Assembly (NCBI RefSeq): GCF_020745735.1
Contig: NC_083447.1
Span: 12,728,035 to 12,792,034, forward strand
DNA from: Hemiscyllium ocellatum
Taxonomy: Eukaryota
Direction: 5' to 3'
Length of the DNA: 64,000 nt
Every line of letters starts with the position of its first letter. The first letter of the stretch is position 1. The notes beneath the pieces were generated by a model. It was not told where the DNA came from. It ran no database searches and was given only the letters and a program-made list of their open reading frames with translations. Positions 36,909-51,259 of this stretch are shown piece by piece. Made by a program: the position numbers and the translations under genes.

Positions 36909-37609
36909 CATACTGACTTTGACTCTGCTAACGTACCCACATCCCACCAAGACTTGTGCTCTGTCCCTCTCACTATTCTATGCAGCAGCTTCCCTCACTT
37001 GTTCTCACCTACCCCTATTTCCAATACCACAATTTATCCACGCTCTCTGTGCTGCCTACTCACTCAGTCAAGACACTTCACTACCTGCACTACAAATAAC
37101 AGTTGTGCCACCCATTTTCATCTCCTGTAATATCTGCTTCTCTCTGATTCCAGGAGGAACACAGTCCACAGTAGGGTGATGGGCTGTGTGACGTTTGGTT
37201 CCTTACCCTTTATGTGGAGAGCATCCTGACTCTTACCATCCCGAGTGGATTACTGACCATGTCCAAGAGCCTAGACTGTTATCGGAAGCTGCCCTTGATT
37301 TACCTCCTGAGTGAAGGTTACTTTTTTGACTTGACTGAAGGTGCTGAAAATCACAACAAACTCCACAGCTTTGTGACTGCACTAAATGACATTACAGCAG
37401 TACTGAGAGTCCAGTATCTCTGGCTAAGGGGCAAACTGCAAAAAGACGAAGCAAGGATGCTGTGAGTATCTGAGTAGACTCAGTCTGAGACAATTAGAAC
37501 CCAGAGCTACAGCCTGGTCCAGTCCGTGAGCTGGGTATCTTTCCCTGAGCACACAGTGTCCTTGCTGCAACATTGCAACGAGAGTTGTCAGCACAGCCCG
37601 ACACTGAAG

Positions 37610-38130
37610 TGAATTGAAGGTGAGCCAGAGATGTACCATTAAGGTTCTTGGAGGAGGCAAACACACTAACGCCAGTGTGTTGGAAAAGGCCAACAGAGCT
37701 AGCATCACTACCATCATAATTCAACAGCAACTCCAATGGACTGGCCATGTCATCCAAATGCCCATCTCGACCCTCCCAAAACAAATCATGTGCTCTCAGC
37801 TAAAGGAAGGTCAGCATATCTGTAGTGGCTAATAGAAATGGTTCGAAGATAACATCCAGACCAACCTCGAGAAATTCCATATCAACATCACCAACTGGGA
37901 GGGGATGGCTACAAACCAGAATCACTGGAGAAGTATCATCCAGCAAGGAGCTATGCGCCATGAAAATTATCTCTGCTGCACTGCTGACCAGAAACTGCTT
38001 TTGTCCAAGGAGAGATAGAACATCAGGAAGGCCTAGCCACCACCATTCCCACCCACCACTGCTCAAAATGCAATAGAATCTGTGGATCCTGGACTAGTAT
38101 ATTTAGCCATCTGAAGATCACACATAGACA
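37610..38130 (+). mobile_element. RTE-clade LINE 3' fragment
   Basis: TNASVLEKAN...QLQWTGHVIQMP..TLPKQIM is a typical RTE ORF C-terminus. Confidence 0.7.
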
Positions 38131-38656
38131 TCCCTCTCAGGAAAGACATACTGGCACTGGAACGTGTCCAGCGGAGATTCACACGGATGATCCCTGGAAT
38201 GGTTGGTCTAACATACGAGGAACGGCTGAGGATCCTGGGATTGTATTCATTGGAGTTTAGAAGATTAAGGGGAGACTTAATAGAAACTTACAAGATAATA
38301 CGTGGCTTGGAAAGGGTGAACGTTAGGAAATTGTTTCCATTAGGCGAGGAGACTAGGACCCGTGGACACAGCCTTAGAATTAGAAGGGGTCAATTGAGAA
38401 CAGAAATGCGGAGATATTTCTTCAGCCAGAGAGTGGTGGGCCTGTGGAATTCATTGCCGCAGAGTGCAGTGGAGGCCGGGACGCTAAATGTCTTCAAGGC
38501 AGAGATTGATGAATTCTTGATGTCACGAGGAATTAAGGGCTACGGGGAGAATGCGGGTAAGTGGAGTTGAAATGCCCATCAGCCATGATTGAATGGCGGA
38601 GTGGACTCGATGGGCCGAATGGCCTTACTTCCACTCCTATGTCTTATGGTCTTATG
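38130..38656 (+). mobile_element. Young CR1 LINE 3' fragment with open RT C-terminus
   Basis: ORF 38187-38570 (LGLYSLEFRRLRGDLIETYKII...FFSQRVVGLWNSLP); the tail is nearly identical to 11543-11660. Confidence 0.88.
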
Positions 38657-38899
38657 AAGGACAATCATACCCAACCCCAGTGATCACTGATACAGGCTGG
38701 CATGTCAATTGCCGATATCTGTGGATAGAACATAGAAAAGTACAGCACAGAACTGACCCTTTGGCCCACAATGTTGTGCCGAGGTTTCATCCTAATGTAA
38801 AATATAGTAACTGAACCACCGTACCCTTCAACTCACTGCTCTCCATGTGCATGTCCAGCAGTCACTTAAGTGTCCCTAATGACTCTGCTTCCACCACCA

Positions 38900-39208
38900 C
38901 GCGGCATGGTGACACAGTGGTTAGCACTGCTGCCTCACAGCGCCAGAGACCTGGGTCCAATTCCCGCCTCAGACGACTGTCTGTGTGGAGTTTGCACGTT
39001 CTCCCCGTGTCTGCGTGGGTTTCCTCCGGTTTCCTCCCACAGTCACAAAGATGTGCAGGTCAGGTGAATTGGCCATGCTAAATTGCCTGTAGTGTTAGGT
39101 AAGGGGTAAATGTAGGGGTATGGGTGGGTTGCGCTTCGGCGGGTCAGTGTGGACTTGTTCAGGGCCGAAGGGCCTGTTTCCACACTGTAAGTAATCTAAT
39201 CTAATCTA
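38900..39208 (+). mobile_element. HE1-like V-SINE
   Basis: Consensus match with (TAATC)n tail. Confidence 0.85.
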
Positions 39209-40255
39209 AAAAGAGCTGTAGCAAAACCTTGCGGCTCTTAAACTTGATCCCCTGTTAATGAAAGCCAAAACACCAAATGGAGTACATGTGACTGGTGTCC
39301 TGAGATGTTGATTTCTGGTGTCTAACATGGAGGCCGTTTGGAGCAAGCGCTAAGCTGAAGTCGACAGGATACCACTCTGATTTTCATGTTCCATGGCACA
39401 TTTGGTAAGACGAGAAGCTAAATGTTAATGAAGTGTTTAACAAGCGATAGTCTCCCTTAACTGGCAACTCACAGTTGCCTGATGATATATTCGCTTCACT
39501 GTTTGGCAAAAGTGTAAATGTTGCTCCCACTGTTGAAATACGCTTTCCTGGATTTCCCACACAATTCTAATATAACTCTCACCTTCACTCATGTCATGGA
39601 GGATGCTATCAGATTCCACTCTCATAAAACTACCATCCATTGTTGTCTGCACAACCGGCTCCCTAATGTTCTTCATCCTTACCCCCAAGTCTGGCCTAAG
39701 AGTGACCACAGACCCTGAGCAATTTATTGCCCTCACAAATGGCCTAGAAAACCGCTAAGTTCAGGATCAACACATACTAGCCTTACCAGTGACACACGCA
39801 TCCTTTGACAGGATCAATTTTAACAATGACACTTTGGGAAACAGTGAGTGTTGCCCTCACAGTTAGCATATTAAATGAAATGAATAATTTCTGAATTGAG
39901 CTGCAATTATTGTTTTTGCATATGTTTTAGACCACATTTTATTTCTACATCCTAGTCAGCCCATGTAATATGGGAATGGGCTACCTGGCTTTATATGGGA
40001 TTTTGCAGTCAGAGATATTGATTTGGGGAAATCATCTCGGTAGATATTGGAGTGAAATCGGTTTGCTCTTTTTCTGGAGATGTAGCTTATTGTCACAATA
40101 AGTTTGATCTGAAATGATTACATCACTTCCTCAATGTTATGAACATCAACCCCTGGTTAAGTCAATGACAGGCTAAAGACAATACTTTGCATTGTCCTGT
40201 TCAATTCTTTAGGAAATTTGCCATAGTCCCGCTGTCCCAGTAGAGAGATCACATG

Positions 40256-40551
40256 GTTAGATGACTTACAGTGTGGAAACAGGCCCTTCGGCCCATCAAG
40301 TCCACACCGACCGCCGAAGCGCAACCCACCCATACATTTACCCCCTACCTAACACTACGGAGAATTTAGCATAGCCAATTCACCTGACCTGCACATCTTT
40401 GGAATGTGGGAGGAAACTGGAGCACCCAGAGGAAACCCACGCAGACACGGGGAGAACATGCAAACTCCACACAGTCAGTTGCCTGAGGCGGGAATCGAAC
40501 CCGGGTCTCTGGCGCTGTGAGGCAGCAGTGCCACTGTGCCACCGTGCTGCC
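40256..40551 (-). mobile_element. HE1-like V-SINE
   Basis: Consensus match. Confidence 0.85.
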
Positions 40552-41249
40552 CATGAGAGGGAAGAGGTTGAAAAGGAGTGTTCTTCATGGTAGCCCAGGC
40601 TATTGGTGTTACTCTGTATTGCCAGTCAGCCATCCAGTCTCCAGTTCTCTGGGTGAATGAATTACATTGAGATGAGTTCAACTCCTTCAATGCTTCAGCA
40701 AGTGACAATGGGAAATCCACTTTTTAATGTCTTTAAGACTCAAGTAAAAGGATAGAGGTTCAAGTTGTTAACTGGGAAAGAAGATGTCATAGTCAGTTGT
40801 TAGGCATAGACCATTTTAAAGTTGCAAATTGCCTATACATTAGGTTCCAATTTATCTTAATAACACAGTCACAAGTACGAAGATTGTATTTTTAGTGAGA
40901 AAACAATTAAAACACCTCAAATTTTTAAATATTCATGGATTCCTCATCATGAATATGAAGAATAATTTCCTGATTCCTTATTGCAATGATGAATTAATAA
41001 TGTTAAATCAGAGTTAAACATTCGCCACGTTTTATGCTTAAGCCAATCTACCAAACCATTTAAATAATAGGTACAAATGCTTGCAGCATAGAACATAGAA
41101 CATTACAGCGGAGTACAGGCCCTTCGGCCCTCGATGTTGTGCCGACCTGTGGAATCCATCTGAAGCCTATCTATTCCATTTTCATCCATATGTTTATCCA
41201 ATGGCCATTTAAATGTCCTTAAAGTTTATAATAACTTATATTAGTCCAT

Positions 41250-44200
41250 AAGATATAAGACTTAGGCCATTCAGCCCATCAAATCTGCTCAATGATTCAA
41301 TCATGGCTGATAGGTTTCTCAACTCCTCGTCCAGCCTTCTCCACTTAACCCTCAATCTCCTTACTAATCAAAACCCTATTTATTTCTGTCTTAAATACAC
41401 TCAATGACTTGGCTTTCACAGCCTTTTATGAGTTCCACAGATTCACAACTCCCTGGCTGAAGAAATTCCTCCTTTTCTCAGTTCTAAAGGGTTGTCCCTT
41501 CACTCTGAGGCTACAACCTTGGGTCCTAGTTGGTCCTACTAGTGGAAATATCTTTTCCACATCTGCTGTATCCAGGCCTCTCAGTATTCTGTAAGTTTGA
41601 ATCAGATCCCCCCCTTTATTCCTGGGATCATTCTTGTCAACTTCCTCCAGACCCCTTCCAATCAGACATCTTTCCTTGGACACAAAGTCCCAAACTCCTC
41701 ACAATATTCCAAAGCAGTCTGACCAGACCCTTATGCATCCCCACCAGTACATCACTGTTCTTCTGTTCTGGCCTCTTGCAATGAATGCTAATATTGCATT
41801 TACCTTTCTAACTGCCAAATGAACCCACATGTTAACTTTAAGAGAATCCTGAATTAGAACTCCTCAGTCCCTTTGTGTTTGCCTTTCCTCTCATTGTCCA
41901 AGGATGTGCAGTTTAGGCAGGTTGGCCATGATAAATTGCCCATAATGTCCAGGGATGTATAGACTAGGTGGACTACCTATGGTTAATACAGGGTTATGGG
42001 GATATAGGGTGGGGGGTGGTGAGTGTTCGGAAGATGGGTGGAGACTCGATGGACTGAATGGCCTCTATCTTCACTGTAGGAATTCAATGAATACCATCTG
42101 TCCTTCCACCTACCTTTATGTCGTCTGCAAACAATGCCCTCAAATCCTTCATCCATATTGTTAATGTATAATGTGAATATTTGTGACCTCTGTGGAACTC
42201 AACTAGTTATCAGCTGCCATCCTGAAAAAATCCCCCCCTTATAGACAATAAACAATAGGTGCAGGAGTAGGCCATTCAGCCCTTCAAGCCTGTACCGCCA
42301 TTCAATATGATCATGGCTGATCATTCCTAATCAGTATCCTCTTCCTGCCTTATCTCCATAACCCTTGATTCCAGAGCTCTATCCAACTCTTTCTTAAATG
42401 AATCCAGAGACTGGGCCTCCACTGCCCTCTGGGGCAGAGCATTCCACACAGCCACCACTCTCTGGGTGAAGAAGTTTCTCCTCAACTCTGTCCTAAATGG
42501 TCTACCCCGTATTTTTAAGCTGTGTCCTCTGGTTCGGCACTCACCCATCAGCAGAAACATGTATCCTCACTCTCCACCTTTTGCCAGTCAGCCAATCCTC
42601 TGTCCATGCCAATACCTTCCCCAACATAGGGTCTTATTTAGCAGCCTTTTGTGTGGCACCTTGACAAAGACCTTCTAGAAATCCAAATCAATCACATTCA
42701 CTGCCTCTCCATTGGCTAACTTGCTTGTCACCTCCACAAAGAATTGTAACAGATTTGTCAGGCATGACCTCTCCTTGTTGAATTCGTGCTGACTCATCCC
42801 TATTTTACCATGCGCTACCAAATACTCTGCAATCTCATCCTTAATAATGACTCTAAACCTTACCAAAGACCAAGGTCAGGCTAACCAGCCTATAATTTCC
42901 TGTCCTCTGCCTCCCTCCCTTCTTAAATAGGGATGTTACATCAGCCATTTTCCAGTCCTCTGGGACCCTTCCTGACTCCAATGATTCCTGAAAGATCATC
43001 AACAACGCCTCCACAACCTCATCAGCTAACTCCTCCAGAATTCTGGGGTGTAGTCCATCTAATCCACTATCAGACTTTCAGATCTCCATCACCTTTTCCT
43101 TTGTGATGGCCAGTCTACTCACCTCTGCCCCTGACTCTCTTGAAGTTCTGGTGGGTGTTTGGTGTCTTCCGCCGTGTAGACTGATGTAAAGTGCCCATTC
43201 AGTTCCTCTGCCATTTCTTTGTTCCCCATTACTACTTAACCAGCCTCATTTTCCAGTGGTCCAATGTCCACTCTTCCCTCTCTCTCGCTTTTAAAATATC
43301 AAAAGAAACTCTTGCAAGTCTTCTTTTATATTACTACAGGCTAATCTTCATATTTCATCTTCTGCACCCTTATTGCTTTTTTAGTTATCCTCTGCTGGTT
43401 TTTAAAGACTTCCCAATACTCTGGCCTTGCACCATCTTCACCACACTGTATGCTTGTTCTTTTGATTTATGTGTCCCTGACTTCCCTTGTAAGCCACGGT
43501 TGCCTTGTTCTTCCCTTGGCATATTTCTTCTTCCTTGAGATGAATTTCTGCTGTGTCTCACTAATTACCTCAGAAACGCCTGTCTTTGTTGCTCCACAGT
43601 CTTCCCTGCTGTGCTCCGCTTCCAATCAACTCTGGCCAGCTCTTCTGTCATGTCTTTGTTGTTACGTTGACTCAATGGTTATATCTGATTTCAGCTTCTC
43701 CCTCTCCATTTGCAGAGTGAATTCTGTCATATTATGATCACTGTCCTCTAAGGATTTCTTCACCTATACTCCCTAATTAAGCTTGTCGCATTACGCATAC
43801 CCAAATCCAGAATTGCATGTTCCTTCGTGGGCTCGTTTTGCTTTTTAATTTAGCCCCTAGCTGCTCATATTTCCCCAGCAGAACCTCTTTCCTCTTCCTA
43901 CCTATATCATCAGTACCTACGTGGACCACAACAAGTGGATCTTTCCCCTCCCGCCTTCCCCAATACTGTTGTTATTATCCCATAAATTTCTCACAAACCA
44001 ATCTTTGAGCTATGTATTTTCCTCTTTAATCTCGTTGGCCTTGTGCCAATCAGCTTATGCCTCAGGTAGTAATCTGGAGATTATTACACTTTTGGTTCTG
44101 CTTTTTAATTTAGCCACTAGCTGCTCATATTCTCTCAGCAGAACCTCTTTCTCCCTATATTGTGGGGACCTATGTGGACCATAACAACTGGATCTTTCTC

Positions 44201-44520
44201 CTCCCGCTCCAAGTTCCTCTGCAGCTCAGATGAGATATCCTGAACCCAGGCACAAGGCAGTCAACACAGCCTTTGGGAACCTGAATCCAGAAAATGTGTC
44301 TATTCCCCTGACTATGCTACCAAATACAACTATATTTCTCTTTTCTCTCCTCACTTGAATGGTTCCCAGTACCACGGTGCTCACCTTTCCTATAGCCCCT
44401 CACTTTCATCCCCACAGAGAGCAAGAATTCAAACCTGTTGGGTGAGTTTCAGGGCTGAGGATCCTTCAATATTACCTGATGGATCCCTCTACCTGTCTCG
44501 TTCATGGTCACACCTTCACT
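41250..44520 (-). mobile_element. Long decayed CR1 LINE (ORF1 esterase + ORF2 remnants) with nested SINE and CR1 fragments
   Basis: RSCLTNLLQFF and VIDLDF motifs (42675-42866); RT C-terminus (41426-41683); ORF1 SGNH-type VVVHVGTDDIG near 43900 and 44170. Confidence 0.72.
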
Positions 44521-44749
44521 TTACATAATGTACATAATTAGCTTCATCTGTACAGTATGAGACTTGTAATGTCAGGGTTATAAGTTCAAGACCTATGTTG
44601 AGCACTGTTGTTTACTTTAGGGATGTTGTTGTACAGTGGTAGTGTCTTTACCTCTGAGCTAGGAGGTCTAGGTTCAAGGCCCACCCACCCTGGATCTGTG
44701 ACATAATCTGTCTGAACAACTTGATTAAAATAGCTATATTTGTATAAGC

Positions 44750-44875
44750 CTGATGAAGGGCTTTTGCCTGAAACATTGATTTCGCTGCTCGTTGGATGCT
44801 GCCTGAACTGCTGTGCTCTTCCAGCACCACTAATCCAGAATCTGGTTTCCAGCATCTGCAGTCATTGTTTTTACC
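44750..44875 (+). mobile_element. 126-bp PLE 3' fragment (subfamily B) starting at the hammerhead core, with TSD
   Basis: CTGATGAAGGGCTTTTGCCTGAAACATTG...CAGCATCTGCAGTCATTGTTTTTACC; flanked by ATATTTGTATAAGC (44736-44749) and ATATTTGTCTAAGC (44876-44889). Confidence 0.8.
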
Positions 44876-46989
44876 ATATTTGTCTAAGCAACCTTACTAG
44901 TTAGACTGTTGCAAGGTGGCTCCCAGGAGTATTATAAAACAAAGTGCAACACCCAGTCATGTAAGAGATGTTTGATTAAGTGACCAAACAGTTGGTCAAA
45001 GAGAGTCTTCAACGAAGAAAGCGAGGTAGGGAGGTGTAGGTAGGCAGATTGGGCCCCACGCAACTGAAGGCAAATCAGCTACAGGATAATGCTGAGATAA
45101 AGATCAGGTCTTGAAGGGGGGCTGAAAACAAAGTAGAAACCATCGTACATTAGAATGCAAAGGGGTGATATGGGAATGGGTTTTGTTGTGATTTAACCAC
45201 AGGCAACTGAGATTTGGATAACTTCAAGCTTACAAAGGTGAGAATGTAGGAACCTGGCTGCGTGTTTGTTCGAATAGTTGAGGCAAGAGGTCATAAATTC
45301 TTGGATGAGGGTTTCAGCAGAAAATCAGTTTGAATGGGGCAATGTCAGGCAATGGCCTGGAGGCAGAAACAGCCGGTCCTAAGATAGCAAAACGATGAGA
45401 GCGAAAGCTCGTCTCAGGATCAAATATGATGCCAAGGTTGCAAACAGACTGGCTCCATCTTGGATGTTGGCTGGAAGCAAAGGATGAATATTCAACATCA
45501 TGGATCCATTCCCAGATTATGGACTATTTCCCACCACCCATGTTCCCTTAATGATTATAATTTAGCTCAGCTCCTTGATGATCCTAAACATCAGAAACCT
45601 GCATTTATATAGCGCCTTCATAATAGCATGACACTATCACCTCTGTGATTGTTGACCTACATTGGCTTCCAGTCAAGAAAAGTCTCGATTTTAAAATTCT
45701 CATCCTTGTTTTCAAATCCCTCTAGGACCTCCACCCTAACACACTGTAGTCCTCCAGCTGATTGTCTTCCTTTGCCTGGATCCTGAAATGTGCAGGACGT
45801 ATCCTGACTTGATACTTGACCTCAAGAAACAGAAGAAGATACTCAAGCAGGAGATTAAAAGCCGAGGCAAAGAGGTAGGTTTTTTTTTTAAGGAGTGTCC
45901 TTAAGATAGTGAGGGAATAACAGCTAATGGCATGGCCATCAGCGGCAGAGCAATTAAAGTAGCAGATGTTCAAGAGTCCAAAATTAGAATTAGTGGAATT
46001 AGACAAATAGAAACCAAAATAGTGACCAGATTCTCAGCTGTCTTACTGTGTGTGCAATAATGTACAAGACAGCTCCACTCCTACCTCTTTCCACCCTCGG
46101 TCATGAACTGCACCAAAACCGCTTAGTGTTTTAATCAGGGGATGGTTTTAGTCAACTCATGCATGGATAATATTCATTAATAGAATATCACATCCAATGA
46201 ATTATTGAGGAATGAACAAGGATGCATGGGACTCCTTAGTGACTCCGTAGATGCAAGCTACACTGCATTGTTTTAAATGGCAAACTCATCTGGAGATTTC
46301 CGAGAAGGATAGTCCTGGATCAATGGCAACGATGTGTAATTGGAGTTTGCCCAATGATTATCAATGGGGTTCAACACGAAGATCTAGCTTGAGAATTTCT
46401 TGAATAGCTTTGCGCTTTCAGGCATTGTCCCTGAAGAGAATGTGGACAACGCTGAGTCTCACCTGGCCGAGTGCCAACATAACCAGCCCTCTCAGCAGCC
46501 ATGAGCTCCTGAAGGAGATTGCTTCAGTGCACAAATAGTGTAGCAGTGTACTTTATTCACAGTAGACTTAAGCAGTGTTGAAGCAATTTGATGCAGTTAT
46601 TACCTGGAAAATAATGAACTGATTGGTAAAGCATCAAGTTAATTAGGAAACTGTTCAATGGTTAATCAACAAACACTCATCAAGCTGTATTCGGTGTGCT
46701 GATTATTTCTGTTTTCCAGCGGCTATATTCTGTTTCAGTACCGGAGGACGCCATTCACCCCATCACATTTGTGCTAGCTATTTGCAAGAACAACTTGTCT
46801 ACATTCACTCCCATGTAGCCAGCAAATGTCCCCATCAGGATATTGGTCATTTTCCAGTTCATGTGAAACCCATTTTGAACAGGTCTTTTCTGTTCCAGAA
46901 GAGATCCCAATGAACTGAGAAAGTGAATCCTTGCATAATGCACTACCTCCTCAACCATTGATTTATCTCCCCTTCCTTTCCTTTCCTCA

Positions 46990-47310
46990 TTAGAACTTGG
47001 CACTGGAAATAAACCAGAGATTATTACTTTTCTGTTTTCTTAATCTGCTCCCTAACCTCTTATGTTCACTCTGCAAAGCCTTAACCCTTTCCCTGACTAT
47101 GTCATTCCTGCCGATGTGTCCAAAAACTTCGGCCTTCTTACTTTTCCCTTTGACAATATGCTTCAAAAGTTTTGAGATGTTCTGAATTCGAGCACCTGGA
47201 AGGCAACATACTCTCTTGGATTCATGCTCACTGCCACAGAATCTCCTGTCTGTGTCCTTGGCAGGAGAATTCCCGAAAGCAAGTATTCTTTTAAATCTTG
47301 ATAAACCCCG
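46990..47310 (-). mobile_element. CR1 ORF1 SGNH-esterase remnant
   Basis: AFGNS...TDRRFCG...RVCCLPGARI...VFGHIGRNDI matches the CR1 ORF1 esterase pattern. Confidence 0.72.
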
Positions 47311-47655
47311 TTTAACATAAGGTTCATTCTTAGTGCCCAAGATCTGACTGCCACTTATACTTTCCTCTGAGAGTTGATTTATTTCAACAGTGCCCTTTGC
47401 TGGATTTGCAAATTTCAACTCTGCACAGGTCAACATTGAGTCTTCTGGCTCTCCCAGATCTCTTTCAGCCTCTCCATTCACGTATTCGAAGTTAATGCAG
47501 TTTTGTCATTTCAGAATGTGGAATGTCTGGCACCTACTGTCAATGTATTTAAGGGGAAAATGCAAAACCCATGAGGGCACACCTCATTCGACATTTCTCC
47601 ATTAACATTTTCTCATTTTAGCACTTTTTAAAAAAATGTCCTTTTCTCACAATGT

Positions 47656-48860
47656 AGAGTCATAGAGATGTACAGCATGGAAACAGACCCTGAGGTCCAA
47701 CCCGTCCATGCCGACCAGATATCCCAACCCAATCTAGTCCCACCTGCCAGCACCCAGCCCATATTCCTCCAAACCCTTCCTATTCATATACCCATCCAAA
47801 TGCCTCTTAAATGTTGCAATTGTACCAGCCTCTACCACATCCTCTGGCAGCTCATTCCATACACGTACCACTCTCTGCGTGAAAAAGTTGCCCCTTAGGT
47901 CTCTTTTATATCTTTCCTCTCTCACCCTAAACCTATGCCCTCTAGTTCTGGATTCCCTCAACCCCAGGGAAAAGACTTTGCCTATTTATCCTATCCATGC
48001 CCCTTATAATTGTGTAAACCTCTATAAGGTCACCCCTCAGCCTCCAACGCTCCAGGGAAAACAGCCCCAGCCTGTTCAGCCTCTCCCTGTAGCTCAGATC
48101 CTCCAACCCTGGCAACATCCTAGTAAATCTTTTCTGAACCCTTTCAAGTTTCACAACATCTTTCCAATAGGAAGGAAACCAGAATTGCATGCAATATTCC
48201 AACAGTGGCCTAACCAATGTCCTGTACAGCCGCAACATGACCTCCCAACTCCTATACTCAATACTCTGACCAATAAAGGAAAGCATACCAAACGTCTTCT
48301 TCACTATCCTATCTACCTGCAACTCCACTTTCAAGGAGCTATGAACCTGCACTCCAAGGTCTCTTTGTTCAGCAACACTCCCTAGGACCTTACCATTAAG
48401 TGTATAAGTCCTGCTAAGATTTGTTTTCCCAAAATGCAGCACCTCGCATTTATCTGAATTAAATTCCATCTGCCACCTCTCAGCCCATTGGCCCATCTGG
48501 TCCAGATCCTTTTGTAATCTGAGGTAACCCTCTTCGCTGTCCACTACACCTCCAATTATGGTGTCATCTGCAAACTTATTAACTATACCTCTTAAAATCA
48601 TTTATGTAAATGACAAAAAGTAAAGGGCCCAGCACCGATCCTTGTGGCACTCCACTGGTCACAGGCCTCCAGTCTGAAAAACAACCCTCCACCACCACCC
48701 TCTTTCTTCTACCTTTGAGCCAGTTCTGTATCCAAATGGCTCGTTCTCCCTGTATTCCATGAGATCTAACCTTGCTAGTCAGTCTCCCATGGGGAATCTT
48801 GTCGAACGCCTTACTGAAGTCCATATTGATCACATCTACTGCTCTGCCCTCATCAATCTT
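47656..48860 (-). mobile_element. CR1 LINE ORF2 RT 3' half plus tail (young)
   Basis: [56 protein letters not shown]; few frameshifts. Confidence 0.92.
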
Positions 48861-48994
48861 GAGGAGCAGCTCTTACAGCCAGAAATTTTTCCCGTCCTCC
48901 ATCTTGGAACTGTTGTGGAAAAATGTGTTGTTAATTCCGCATTAACATCATATCATCAGTCAGGGAATGGTGAAAATCATATCACCCGTCAAAG

Positions 48995-49234
48995 CGTAAC
49001 CCACCCAGACCCATTCCCCTACACTTACCCCTTCATCTAACACTATGGGCAATTTAGCGTGGTCAATTTAACTGACCTGCACATCTTTGGACTGTGGGAG
49101 GAAACCGGAGCACCCGGAGGAAACCCACACAGACACGGGGAGAATGTGCAAACTTCACACAGTCAGTTGCCTGAGGCGGGAATTGAACCCGGGTCTCTGG
49201 CGCTGTGAGGCACAGTGCTAACCACCGTGCCGCC
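48995..49234 (-). mobile_element. HE1-like V-SINE (3' truncated)
   Basis: Consensus match. Confidence 0.8.
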
Positions 49235-49967
49235 CACTTAACTATTTAAGTATCACATTATTTCTTACTAGTAATGTAAGATATGTTATTTTATGCTTTG
49301 GTTGTTTGTAGGAAAGATTAGTAGTTAGCTGAGTTTTTTTCTCTTTTTTTCTTTTGTTGTATTTTCGTTATTATTTATTTCTTTTTTATACATTTAATTG
49401 TATATTAGTGTTATACTTGTTTGTATTACTTTGTAATTTTGTAAAAAACGTTTAAACATTTCTTATTTTCTTTCAATAAAAATATCTATAAAATAAACGG
49501 ACAGACAGAAAAAATTGAAAAGGAGAGAGGAAGAGAGAGAAACTCAATTGAAATGAGAGGGAGACAGAGCGCAGAGGGGAGATAAAAAATAAAATGAGCC
49601 ACAGATGCCCAGCAGGTGGTGATAGTGAGCGGGGGAGAGAACAAGGAAACCTTGTCATCTGATGTACGATAAATTTGTATTTCTGCCACATTCAGTTTGT
49701 GTGTGCTATTTCAGTTTGGAATGCATATACTATTTCTGCTTGGGAAGCAGTACTGCACCCTGTATTTTTGCATTTCCAGTCAAGAAAAGGCTCCAATGAA
49801 CTTGATTGTGGATTTAACATTGATTTCCATGGGAACCCATGTTTTCACTGCAAGTTGTGTCACTCACTGTTTCTCAGCAAACTATCTGGAGCAGATTTTG
49901 TTGAATCCAGCCAGATGAAAAAGGATGGGAGGAGGTTCGGATGGACCATAAATACTGGTATAGATCA

Positions 49968-50321
49968 GTTGCAACCACAGGGATAAATATGGATTTCAAC
50001 AGCTTTCTCATTTCCCCTCCCCCCACATTATCCCAGTCCCAAGCCTCCAACTCGGCACCACACTCCAGACCCTCCATCACTGCCCTGCTATTACCTTCTC
50101 CCTCACCTTCATCCACCTCTCACTTTCTCAGCTACCTCCCCCCAACCCCCACCACCCGCCCATTTATCTCTCAGCCCCGACCCACAAGTCTCATTCTTGA
50201 TGAAGGGCTTATGCCTGAAACGTCGATTCTCCTGCTCCTCGGATGATGCCTGACCTGCTGTGCTTTTCCAGCACCACACTCTCGACTCTAACCTCCAGCA
50301 TCTGCAGTCCTCACTTTCTTC
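49968..50321 (+). mobile_element. PLE 3' fragment (ORF end + 3' UTR + degenerate hammerhead)
   Basis: Homologous to the reverse complement of about 9311-9665 (GINMDFNSF end of ORF, C-rich UTR, TTGATGAAGGGCTTATGCCTGAAACGTCGATTC, tail). Confidence 0.8.
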
Positions 50322-51259
50322 AAGTTGGGCTGAATGGCCATTTTCTTTGCTCTACGTTACATGTAGTTCACCTAACATTCTTCTGTCTACTTGCAAATAT
50401 TTCTATAGCTGTCCTCAGACTTTATTGCCCCTTAATTTGGTATTGTGTGTTAAGTTAAACAGTTTACATTTGCAAACTCACATCATTTACGTACATCAGA
50501 AACAGCAGTAATCTGAGTAGCATTCCCTGAGCCATGACATTCCATCTAATTCCCTCATTTGACATTATTCTTCTAAACAGTGCACGCTAGTTTCCTGTTT
50601 CAGCCATTTCCTTACCCACTTCCCAACTCGATCAAGAATACTCACTGTCTTAAGCTGAAGTAACAGCCTTTCATGTGGAACTTTACAAAATACGATCTGT
50701 CAATGCAAGTATTTAAGTGGACATTTCATTGTTCTTGGGAAAGCAAAATTACCCAAATCTAAATAAACAGAGATGAAAGATGCAGTAACCCTTTAGTCCA
50801 GGCTTCTTTCCAATAGCCATGGAACCAATGTGAATTATTTATATTCTTCTTGGTGGACTAATCCATCATCTGAAGCACCCTGGCCAGACTGACAGGATTT
50901 GTTATTTTGGAGATGCTCAGCAAGTTCTGAGAGTTGCAAGCTGCAAGACACCAGGAAGGGCCAGATGCTCAGCTTTGAATAATCACCTGTAGTGCACATT
51001 ACATGTTTTGAAACATCTCTCCTCAAGCTTTGCAATTCACTCCTCATTCACTCCTCCGCTGAGGAGCAGAGGGTGGTGCTTCAGATTTCAATCCTGCTCC
51101 AAGGCACCAGGTAGTGCCAGAGTGAAACTGACCCTAACGCATGGCCTCTATCCAGTCTCTCATAGAAATGACGCCCACCCCACTCCTTCATTTCTGCAGC
51201 AGGATCTCCTCCACAACTGATTAGCACATCTCAATGAGGGCCACCACCAGGAAATATGG

